Origin: Utricularia gibba
Taxonomy: Eukaryota > Plantae > Magnoliophyta
Assembly: GCA_002189035.1 (NCBI GenBank)
Contig: NEEC01000012.1
Span: 558,001 to 622,000 of the forward strand
Direction: 5' to 3'
Length of the DNA stretch: 64,000 nt
The stretch's first letter is position 1. Every line of letters starts with the position of its first letter. The notes beneath the pieces are model-generated. The model made no database searches, was not told the DNA's origin, and saw nothing but the letters and a program-made list of their open reading frames with translations. Position numbers and translations under genes: made by a program. Positions 26,019 through 37,452 of this stretch are shown piece by piece.

Positions 26019-26918
26019 ATGGCGGTTGATGCTGAGAATACGTGCTTTGAGAATATGGGTTATGGTTCCTTCACAATGCAAACCTCTCAGCAGGATTGCT
26101 TAATGGGATCTGGATTTGGTTTTCAGGATGGCCTTGGTTGCTTCCCCACGATGGAAATTCTTCATTTTGCTCCTCATGATAATCTTGTTTCTTCTTCCTC
26201 ATCATCCATGTACCCTGGTTTTCTGCCCCTGGATATCCTTCAGTCGCTGTCTTGTGAGCTTGAAAGGCAGAGAGTGGAAATGGATTGGTATCTTCAGATG
26301 GAGGTACGTACGGTGCAAAATCTCGCATTTATGCAGGCATTTCAGGACTACATTTTGATGCTGTGCACACTATTTAAGGAGGTTTATACAGTTTCTGAGT
26401 TTCATGTCTCCTACTGCGAACAGAATTCGAGAATGAGGAGCCGCCTTTTTGTTGAAGAAACCCGGCAGAGAGAAATCATAATGGAGAAATACGAATCAAA
26501 GCTGAAGAGTCTGATTCTGTGCAAAGACCAACAGCTCGCTGCTGCTAAAAACAGAGCGAAGGAGCTCAGGAACTCGTTGCAAGCTGCAGAAATGGAATCC
26601 AAGGCGTGGCAGAAGGTAGCTGCTGAGAAGGAAACAACCCTCTCGTTCCTCAGAAACAGTCTCAAGGCAGCGCAAGCTCAACAACGCGAAATGGCGTCCT
26701 CCTGCGCTTCTTCTTCTTCTTCCTCAGGATCAAAAGCAGCACAGCAGAAGAAGCAGGAAGAGCCCCTGGGTTGCCAACTGTGCAAAACGAGAAGCTCGTG
26801 CTGTGTTTTCTTCCCTTGCAGGCATCTTTGCTGCTGCAATCAATGTGAAGCTCTTTTAGATCACTGCCCTGTCTGTGGAACAGTTAAGGAAGCAAGTTTA
26901 GAGGTGCTGCTGGCGTGA
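26019..26918 (+). CDS. BOI-related / S-ribonuclease-binding-protein family RING E3 ligase
   Basis: Exons 26019-26303 and 26424-26918. ELERQRVEMDWYLQME-NSRMR coiled-coil region, ESKAWQKVAAEKE, C-terminal C3HC4 ring CQLC..CVFFPCRHLCCCNQC..CPVC. Confidence 0.9.
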   Translation: MAVDAENTCFENMGYGSFTMQTSQQDCLMGSGFGFQDGLGCFPTMEILHFAPHDNLVSSSSSSMYPGFLPLDILQSLSCELERQRVEMDWYLQMEVRTVQNLAFMQAFQDYILMLCTLFKEVYTVSEFHVSYCEQNSRMRSRLFVEETRQREIIMEKYESKLKSLILCKDQQLAAAKNRAKELRNSLQAAEMESKAWQKVAAEKETTLSFLRNSLKAAQAQQREMASSCASSSSSSGSKAAQQKKQEEPLGCQLCKTRSSCCVFFPCRHLCCCNQCEALLDHCPVCGTVKEASLEVLLA

Positions 26919-27989
26919 GAAGAGAATCAGATGAATGCAGAAAAGCCCCGTAAGGGGAAACAAAAAAAGAGAGAAAGCAAAAGCTGCTAGCAACAGTAGT
27001 TTTCCGCCGGTGATTTGGGTTCCCCTTTTCCGTCATTTTCTTTTTGGTGTTCGGGGCTGCTGATACCTGGACCAAATCCTAGGAGGCCTCTTTTCCTCGG
27101 AGATAAATGCCATTTAAGCGGACTCTGATTTGATTTGCACTCTCCAGGATTTTGCTTCCACAAGTCTAGAGAGAGAAAACGGCTCACTGCCAGTGAATCC
27201 CTGTAGTAAATTTGCGTGATTCATGAGGTGAAGGTAATTTGGGTGAACGTCATCTCCAGCGGTGGCCGGCGGCAGCGGCGGCTTCAGGTAATTAGCGCTA
27301 CTGTACTTCGACTCAAGTCCGTAGGGATGAAGGAAACCGAAGGTAGCGGAATTATACGAAGTTTTTGTTTTGGTTTGATAAATAGATTACATTATTAAAA
27401 TATTAAATTACAAATAATAAAATTAACTTTTTAATATAAATATAATAAGATTATAAATCATTAAAAAACAAATAATGATTTTTTAAATTTAAACAGATAT
27501 TTTATATATAATAACTTTATTATTTTTATATTTTATAAATTAAATATATCATTTTATATAATTATGTTTAAAAAAATTTATAGCAATATTAATTTATTTG
27601 TATTAAATAGTTTTTTTAAAATATATATTAAATAGCTTAAATTATTTTAAAACATTAAGAAAATAATATACAGTTAATTAATAATTTTACTAATAATTAA
27701 ATAATTAAACATATTTTTTATTATAAAATTCATTTATTTTACAAATCAAATAAAAATATAATTTATTTCACAAATAATTTTTAAATATCATCTATTTTGA
27801 AAACAAAAAATAAAAAATACATCTAAATAAGTTATTTTCACAATAAAATAATATCATTTAAAAATATTCACTCAACGTATGTATTATAATATAAAATGAT
27901 TATTATGTAATAAATTATGAAGTGCAATTGATAATATCTAATATTATTAGACAATTCTTTTTATTATTAATTTGTGTAAATAATATTAT

Positions 27990-30600
27990 TCTTATATTAA
28001 ACTCACACATATATCATTTGCATTTTCGATTTGCAGAATAATCTTTTTGAACTAAGTTGATGAAATATATCATTTTGTATTTTTCTTTGCAAAATACATT
28101 TTAAACATACCATTTTTATTTACGAAATGTAATTAATGGTCATAAATCCATATACATTAAAACAAAATCAAGCACACGTACTATTTTGTGGGTGGTTGAA
28201 TATTAAATCCTATTTCTATTTTCCTCACAACTTATTTTTACCTCAAGTTTAGATTTCCTGAAATAAGTTTTTACACATAATCACCATGTCCAAGATTTCC
28301 ATCCACGAATTTTCTAATTAAAATATCCTAAGAAATCAATACCTCAATTTTGTGATATATGTTTGTGAGGCAGTAAATTTTCTTCCGGTGAAATCTATAA
28401 TTTCATTGTAACAGATTATCGAGATTTCATAACATTAAGTAAATATAGTTGTAGATTTTCATGTTATTCGTATGAAAACCAAGTTTTACTTTATATTAAG
28501 TAGAAGCAAAATAAAAATACATAAAAATATAATTTCTTAACATTTTTCAAAATGATGTATTTTGCAAACCGAAAACATAAAATGATGTATTTAACCAACT
28601 CAACTCATACACATCATGTTTTGTAACACTTGTATCACAAATAATATTTTATGATACAAAATTACATATAAACACCCAATTGAATTATTTTGATCTAATG
28701 TTTGATTTGAACAAAAAAGGTAATTATAAAAAATGGATTTACTACTTTGAAAATAACATTTTTAGTTTATGTAAAACACAAAACTATTATTGTCACCATA
28801 TTATTTCAATGTCATTCCAAATGGATGATGTAATTTGATTTAAATCACGTTCATGCACGTTATCATTGAAATATTCAACATCTTCACTTAAATAATTCAG
28901 TTTTAATTTTATATCATCTTCATCATTATAACACCTAATATAAATTATATATATCCATTGTAACAAGAACTAAAATCTTTTGTGTCCTACACGAGTAGTC
29001 TCCTGATATATTGATAATCATTTGTAATTCATAAGGAAAATTGAACTCAATTTTAGATCTTCTTTGGATCTCTAAAATGGTCCACAATACTAAACTTTAC
29101 AAGATGATATTGTTCTTCCTTGTAAATAGTGCCAATAAACTATATGCGTTGTCATACCCTACATCACATAACTAATATTTCCCTAAAATACAACATCTAT
29201 TTTAATATTTAACGTATAATCTTTCTTCTTGTTTTTCAAACTAAATCTTTCTTCTTGTTTTTCAAACTAAATCTTTCTTTTGTTTTCGGTCTTTTTTGAG
29301 TCTTTGTTTGAAAAAAAAAAATCCAATAACAATTCCATGTGGATACGATCTTATTTTATTACTTCAACGGTTTCTATGCACTTGCAAAATCTTCATCAAG
29401 TTTTTGGCGCCGTTGCCGGTGAATGGTATTCCTTCGGATTTTCTTTTCTGATTTCGTTTTAGGTTATTTCTTATTTTTCTGTTATTTTTGTTGTTTTTCT
29501 GTGATTGCGCACTTGCGCAAGCAACTTTTGTTTTCGATTTTCGTTCATCATTTTCTTGTATAAATATGAGGAGGCTTGATCAAAATGTAACATTTAATCT
29601 CGAATTCGAGAAAATTGATAGGCGAATTAGATCAAGAAACCGGTCTACACACCAATATTATCCTTTGGTGGTAGATTCTAGGATGCGTCTCGGAAGATGG
29701 ACGACTTGTTTTATTCTGAAGAATCACGTGTTGAGAGATGCATTCTTGAGCACAAATCACATGACCATCAGGTAAATTATTTGATTTCATATTCAAAATT
29801 GACGCCTTCACGCAGGTACAATAGGGATGAATTGATGCTTGCGCAAGCATGGACGAAAAAACAAAATATTACTACACCAGAGAAAGGACTGTGAATGAAT
29901 CTCATGCTTATTGTAATGATGTTGGGTACGAAAAAAATTGGGGGACCAGAAATCAGCAATACACCATGTATCAATCTTATTCATTGTTAAATTCAGAGGA
30001 TAACAATTCATTGTATCAATCTTCTGAAGATGAAGAGTTAGACGTTTCTAGTGAAAGACAAATTTTACTTTATATCGATTACAAAAAAAATTTAAAAAAA
30101 CGAAAATATGTGAATATGTATTTTTCCAAACTTTTTCAAAAAGTTTTATTTTGCAAATCGAAAACGTAAAATGATTTATTTCATCAAATTAATCAATATA
30201 CATCATGTTTTGTAGTACTTATATCACAAATAACATTTTGTGATACAAAACTAAGTAAAATATCTAGTTAAATCCTAATTTATCAAATGTTTGACTTAAA
30301 GTCTCAAACAAAAAGTTTGTTATAAAAAATAGATTTATTTCTTTGAAAATAACATTTTTAGTATATGCAAAACATCAAACTATTGCCATCACCATAATAT
30401 TTCAGCACTTTTCCAAATGAATGATGCAATTTGATTCTAGACAATGTTCATATACATATTATCATTAAAATATTGAGTATCTTCTCTTAAACAAATTCAG
30501 TTCATAATCACTAATGAATTGCATCTCAATATCAATTTTATGTCATTTTCATCATTATTGCACTTAATATTAATGATGTATACCTACTATTACAAGAACT
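27990..30600. repeat. AT-rich repeat family: diverged direct copies (~28530-28980 and ~30100-30600) plus an inverted partial copy (~27990-28110)
   Basis: Shared TTTTGCAAA(C/T)CGAAAAC(A/G)TAAAATGAT..TATTT..CATCATGTTTTGTA blocks read by eye. Probably DNA-transposon derived. Confidence 0.55.
29218..30070 (+). mobile_element. Athila-type Gypsy remnant: LTR 3' end, tRNA-Asp PBS and degraded gag start
   Basis: ...CTTCATCA AGTTTT TGGCGCCGTTGCCGG (PBS 29405-29419), followed by MRRLDQNVTFNLEFEKIDRRIR (Athila gag-like start). A 26-bp tandem repeat lies at 29218-29287. Confidence 0.72.
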
Positions 30601-32956
30601 AACGTAAGCAATATTCTGTAAAACTTTTATAACTTATTTTTACTTTTGTAGATATAATTTTGAAAAGTAAAAGTAAACTTAACAAAATAAAAAATAAATT
30701 CAAGTGTTATAAACAAATTTTTACTTTTGAACTAAATTTATTTTTATTTATAATTTTCATTATCTTTAATTCATCACATTCTAAATATTGATTCATTAGA
30801 TTCTAGTGTTCAATATCATGATATGAAAGGCATGTTGATAGAAAAGATTACAATCAAACAACTAGTTGAGAAATTGAAGAACTCCAATTAGTAACGTATG
30901 TAATCCATTCACCTAAATAAAAAGAAAACAAGTAAAATAGAAAAAATTTACAAAATACCATAAGCAACAACCCTAATAAAAAGTACTCTTGAATTCTATA
31001 CTACAAATGCTGGTTGATGAATTTTGGGAGAAGTTTTCACAAACCTCTGAAAATCATACATGATGTAATTTTTGTAAAAGTTTTTTTTATCATATGATTT
31101 TAAAAGTACTTTTGAAAAGAATGAGGTTCTCAAAAAAATAACTTTTATTTTCATGCAAGTAAAACTTAATCATAAAAGTTTTGCAAAACATTCTTATATT
31201 CTCTTGATATGCTGATAATCAATTTGAATCCGTAGGAAATAGCAAATTCAATAATAAATCTTCTTTGAATATTTACACAATATGTAAAAAGTATATATCT
31301 TAACATTTTGTGATATATGATGTATTAAGAATCAATATCTTAAAATAGAGTATGTACATAGTGTTAATAGCTATGAATGGATAAAGAAATAGTAACGTTA
31401 TAGCATTACGTGTTATAATGTTATTGGCAACCATTATAGTATTGTTACTCATTTATTAAGATTATAAAATAAATCATATCACTAGAACCATTTTGGTTCT
31501 TACTGTAATTAGCATTTTTCCTACATGTGATTTTAATTCCTACAACTCATATTCTCATGTATAGATATGTTCGAATATGTTTTGACAATGATGTTCAATT
31601 AAATATTTTTTACTAGGTACTTTAGATCAATTTGGAATTGTCTAACATTTCCTAAGTGTTTTATGATTATTAAAACTACGTTGATAAAGAAAATATTGTA
31701 AAAAATAAAATCAAACTCAAATTCAATGTTATATAACATAATAAAACAATTATACATATAAGAATTCGTGTAACTAAAACTTAATTGTAAATCTTTAATT
31801 GCAAGTGTCTACATATGTATACTTTTATAACATATAAAAAAACATAAAAAATAAAAGATAAAAATAGTCAAAATATTTATTTAAAAGTTGAGATAGTGAG
31901 ATGTTTATAAGAGATAATATTTAAATCTTATATTTGGTTTACATAATAAATTTAGATAACATTTTATATCTATTTTCATTTTAAATCTTTTATTTAAATT
32001 TTTCTAATTTATTTTTAAATATTTATCTGAATTTTCAATCATGTAATTACCAAATAGATTAAGTTTTAAAAAATTATATGTAAACTATTTATTTAAATTT
32101 ATAAATATAAAAAATACTTTATTTGTTTTTTATGCTCTATAATCTTATTGTATTTATATTCACAAATTATATTGATTTCGATTATGGTTAAATTAAAATA
32201 TTTTATCTGGTAAAACATGAAAAATTAAACATGTTAAATATATTATTTTCTAAAATTCAAAATATATAAAATTAAATATCATATATTCAACCAAATTTTT
32301 AACAACCTCATCAATTCTGGAAATCAAAGTAAATAAGTATATCTATTTTACCATTCGGTTGAATAAATTGAGTACAAACAACTTTAAAAATAAATAAAAA
32401 AATATAATTTAGAGTGAGACAAAATCCATTATCATATATTGGTCAATGGTAATTAAATTAATTTTATTTTTAAGTAAAATTTTATTTTTAATAAAAACAT
32501 GATGTTTCATATTTATGTAAAACTCATGTTTTGATTTTTAAATCCACACATGTCAATTACTTAATCTAGTATTTAGAATACAAATTATTAAGTTCTTTTT
32601 CAGAATATGCTTTAATATGTGTTTCAACTTTAAAAGCATTTTTTTTGTTAATAAATGTGACAATTCAACGGAATTATTGAACTCTCTTTGTGCAATGTTT
32701 TATTTCTTTAATAAATAAATTATTATTGTATTAATTAAAGCAATAATAAAAAGGTTTTATTATTGTGAATATGACTACTATTAGTTATTAGAAAACATTA
32801 TTATGAGAAAAAAAATTAGTAGTAATAAGAAAATATAAAAATGATGAGGGAGCGCGAGAAAGAAGATCGTGGTGCGCAGAGACGCGCCTTCTCCGCCTAA
32901 GGGAACACAAACCCTCGCTAACGTTGTAGCGAATTTTGGAAGGCTTCGTTGGAACG

Positions 32957-34612
32957 ATGGGGGAGCTTGGGTCTATGGTGGTCGACAAGCTCAACCAGGT
33001 TAAAAAATTAGCTCGGGAATTCGCCGACAATTTCTTCCGAGACTCCTCCGCGCGCAATCCGGTACCTACGCCCTTCAATATTCTATTTCCTTTTCCGCTG
33101 ATCTCCGACGAGTGTGGCATTTGGTTGTTGCTGTTTGCTGATTTCAATGGTGTTATGTTTCAAGACCTTGAGTCACAAGGCATGGTTAGATTTAGCATGA
33201 ATTCGTGGTGTGCCGGGATTCACTGGTCTGATTGCTGGTATTCGCCTGTTTGTTGGCCTAGGTAGAACCAAGGTGTGACGGGACCTTACTAGTGTTTAAA
33301 CCATGTGATGTACAGATTCAAATTCTCAAAAGTTTGCAACGGGAGGCGTTTTCAGATATTATGAAACTCAGGGACCGCCAAGAGAAGGTAGAAAAACTGA
33401 TGAACTTGTATAAATCGTCAAGGGGAAGTCCATTCCAAGAAGTTGGAACTCTTGTAAGAGGAAGGGTGGATGTTGCTGCAGCGTTGTTTCTAATTGATGA
33501 TGTGGATGAGCACAAGTACGAAGCGATTCAGAGAACGGGTATTCCAACGGGGATCGATGCAAGATTGACATTCAAGGCCCATCCTGGGGATAAAGACGCA
33601 CTTGTTGCTGAGTTTATCGCCAATGAAAAATCTCGAAATGATGCATTGGGAGGTCCACTTTCCCTCTCGAAAGTTGTCTACTCGGCGCATATTTGTGACT
33701 GGCTATCTGCATTCGCCATTCCCCTCGGCGCACAGTATCGAGATGCCCTGTCTGCAAAAGATTCCTATCAGGTATGTTAGAGATGAATTTTTTTAGAACT
33801 TGTGCACGGTGATCAGATTTTTATTCCTCCTGCTTTAGTTTGTTTAGACTGTATCCCTTGGCTTCAGCAGTCACCATATTATGTCATGTTTTCAGGAAAG
33901 GGGCTTCACTGATTATTCTGGGTTTGGCCCTCCAATTCTGCATCAATACAATGGTAGCGCCGTGGGCATAACGGTAACAAAGTCGAGGGTTGCCGCGTCA
34001 TTGGCTCAATTTGTTTCTGGCCTGGGAATGCAGATCAATTCTGCAGGCATGTGCACCGGTTTAGCTCACACCCACAGCACTTTTGGAGAAATTGCATTGC
34101 TGGCCTCCAGAAACACGAAGCTGTCACTGTTGGGTGTTCACCGCCAGTCCAGACCTTCCGGCCAAGGTCTCAATCTTGGAACGTTTACCCTCCCCGTAAG
34201 CATTTTCAAACGCAACCACTTACCAGAGGCGTCACTGCCGGCCCTAGGTGATGACGAAGACAGCCCGACGAGCTGGGAAAGAAGCATATCGGACAGTTCA
34301 GTTGCTCTTCTGCTCAACTCAGAAGTTGATGAGAGCAGAAGAATCGGTGGATGGGCAGAAATGAGAAACTCGGACCTAAACAACTTGGAGTGTGCAGTTA
34401 CGCTTCGTGATACGCCTGAAGATGATCTCGGCTGGGGTGTAACAGTCGGAGGGTCTCTACGGAAACTTCAGAAGTTCGACCGGTTTCAGGTGGAGGGGTT
34501 CCTGAACCTGAATTCCGGCAGCAGATTCAAGATCCAGCCTGCGTTTCTCTACGTAAAAGATGGCTCTACGCAGTTTCCAGCGCTGATGCTCCGTTGTAAT
34601 TGGAACCTCTGA
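32957..34612 (+). CDS. Conserved-looking uncharacterised protein (~425 aa), putative beta-barrel/porin-like
   Basis: Exons 32957-33061, 33316-33771 and 33896-34612 are all phase 0 with canonical GT-AG and join into one open frame. The porin resemblance is inference (see findings). Confidence 0.85.
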
Positions 34613-34911
34613 TTACTTGCTCTAGTCCGTCCAGCAACACCCTTGAATGAATAAAGGTGCATTTTGTTTGTTTTTTTACTGAAACTTTGCTCCACGAAAT
34701 GGTTGTGGGACAGCGAGAGATACTTGCGAAACATGTCAGAAACCAAAACTACAAAAACTTGGAAGGTTCGCCAGCGGGGTGGAGGTTAGGAATCTAAAAA
34801 GACTGACTGCATATGGCATCTTACAAAACAATGAACAAGATGAAACGAAACAAAAAGAGATATATAACTGGAGTACCGTCATAACACTGAGTTTCAACAC
34901 GTAGATATGAC

Positions 34912-36501
34912 TCAGGCAACAGCTTCGACCGGCCCATTGTTGGATCTGAAACCACCGCCCCTACGGGGGCCTCTCCCACGTCCACGTCCACGCCCTGCAG
35001 CACAGAGCTCATAGCCATCAGGTAACGAAAAATCAGACATGCAAAACTGCACTGAAAAAAGGCTGCAGTTGCCAAGTACCTCTGGGAGCTTCTTGGTGGT
35101 AACCTTCGGCATCATACTCAGTTTCCACAGGAGGACCGTTGTAGCCACCCCTTCCACGGCCATAGTAATTACGAGCCCTACCACGTCCTCTGCCCCTATT
35201 ATATCCTCGATCTCTATCATACCCGCCATCCTCGTAATCCCCGGAAGGAAAACCATTCCCTAGAAGCAGAAGAGAACATTAAATCTTCAAGAATAACGTA
35301 GCAAAGAGAAATGAATTTCCATAACTGAATGCTCAAAACAGAAAAATGTACCAGATGGGCCTCCTCTCGGTCTCCCCTCCCCCTACCCATGCGGCCTATT
35401 TGAGCAGGAGGTGATCCCTCTACAGAAGGCTATTGAGTTAGCGGTGGTCCATAAGATTCTTAAAAATATTGATACAAAAATATATACACAAGGCCGAACC
35501 TCCTTCATAGTCCAGCTCTGCTGAAACCTTGACTTGATCCGCTGGTATGGGTGGTTGGTACCTACAAGACACAGCAAATAAAGGTAAGTGCAACCGCGGC
35601 TGCAAACGAAAGACAGCAGAGAAATAAACCACAGTAAACTAGATAAGGTCAATGAGTGAAATGGTTTCGTTGGACTCCATGGCGTGTGGTGAAAGACCAA
35701 ACAGGAGCCACAAAAACTGATCAACAGAAAGAGGATTGCTCACCCAACATTTGTCTTGTCCAGCTCCTTTTTCGAGAGTGTTATAATGACCATAGAGACT
35801 TTCCTTGTAGTTTCAAGACTAATAACAAAAATAAAACATTGCACCATAAACTCATCAGATAACTCAAATCCTACGGAACGAACCATTTATCATAGTAAAC
35901 ACGAGCAAAACCCTATCCTTACGTTTGGAGCCCTTCCTCCAGTGGTTCCCATGTGTCAGTTATATCAGTGGACTGGATTGTAGTGATTTGATGAAGGCCA
36001 ACAATTCTCCTCTGAATGGGGCAACAAATAATTGACAAAAAAAAAAAAAAAGAAACGCTGAATCAAAAATTAAAAACGGAAGTAAGATTCTGCGGGAAAA
36101 AGTGGCCTGGAAAGTCCAACCTTGATTAACTCAACAATCGTGACAGTTTTATTGATGGCGCTTCCCATCGCCTTTAAAACTATCTCATCAGAACCCCTTT
36201 CCTACAGTACGGGCCGGTGACATGTCAGAGAAATATATGAGCAAAAACCCGAAAAACTCTTCTCCCTAAACATCCGAACGCCTAACCAGCGATTCTCCAG
36301 ACAATCAACCAAAAGCACGCGACAGTCACAAATAAACCCGTACAAAACAAAAAAACATAACAAGTACTGAAAAATAACCTGAAGAAGAGTCATGGCGTAT
36401 GTGATATAGCTCCGCATCTTCCCCTTGCTTGTAATCCGAATCTCGTTCTCGTCAATGGGTGTCTCCACCTTAGGCTTCTCCACCTTCTGGTATCGATCCA
36501 T
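34912..36501 (-). CDS. ALBA: Alba/RPP25-like nucleic-acid-binding protein with RGG tail
   Basis: Eight exons: 36379-36501, 36121-36201, 35923-36011, 35744-35818, 35500-35561, 35352-35419, 35080-35259, 34912-34994. MDRYQKVEKPK..ENEIRIT, KAMGSAINKTV, RRIVGLHQIT, DTWEPLEEGL, GYQPP, RGG repeats. Exon 35352-35419 is 68 nt where 69 is needed (C run at 35374-35377). Confidence 0.94.
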
Positions 36502-36855
36502 GCTCGGGGAGATCTGAAAAAAATAAAACGTCAAACCATGTAGGATTTCCTGAGCAGCGCAGAAAGAGGAAAGGAGATCTGTAATTCAAGAGAGAGCGGA
36601 TAAACGCAATTCAGACCTTCGTGGTCGCGGTGGTGGTGCTGCTGCTGCGGATAAACGCTACGCGAGATATGGCCTGGGTTTGTTGGTTAGAGCTGTGACC
36701 GGCCGGCCGATGCGCCCTTCATGGGTATTTATTGTCCGACATTCAATCCGTGCCCTAGCGATCCACAAATCCTAATTACCAGGTTTTCAGTGAATTCGCA
36801 AAATGGAGTTCAGTTGGTTTCGTGTGATGACCGCAGCCTTCCAAAGGAAGTCTCG

Positions 36856-36898
36856 TGGGCCTGCCAATCGGAAGGCCCAATCCATCTCCAAAAGCCCA
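36856..36898. promoter_or_regulatory. Site II motif triplet in the divergent Alba/MFS intergenic region
   Basis: TGGGCC at 36856, GGCCCA at 36874 and AGCCCA at 36893. Confidence 0.55.
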
Positions 36899-37452
36899 TT
36901 TAACCAGCCACCCGAAGCCCGCCCACACAAGCGCGGCGTTGAACCAATTCCTTATTTTTGGGATTTTTTTTCTTAAAAATACAATAAACTGAATTATTGA
37001 TTTTCATTATTTCGATTTTATCTTTTTCCAGCTTTTGATTTCTCACACTTATTCATAATAAATATATTTTTAGTTTTAAAAAATTATCCCCGATAAATTA
37101 TTTTTTGGAAAATTTCTATTTCACTTTCACACTCATTTTTTCTTACATGAAAATTTTGTGCAGAGGAGACGTCTGTGGATTCGTGTTCAAGTGTTGTTGT
37201 CGTGGAAAAAGAAGAAGCAAATGCGTAGCTCGTGGAGCACATCTTTAAATTCTAGCCATCTATCCGGCGACGGGCGTCTCCGTCTACCGTCCAAAAGAAA
37301 AAGAAAAGAAAGCAAAAGAAAGAGTGAGGAGAAGGAAGTGGGCTCGTGCTTCCCTCATTCGCAAGCCTCGCTGCTTTGCGTCTACTCCTCCGCTTTCTTG
37401 AGTCTCTCTATTTGAATTTCCCAAGGGAGGAGTCTGCTTCCTCGGAAGAGCA

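Noticed and set aside
27400-32800. Very AT-rich spacer with many short ORFs
   Set aside because: Low-complexity, decayed transposon DNA; only the repeat family and Athila remnant could be supported.
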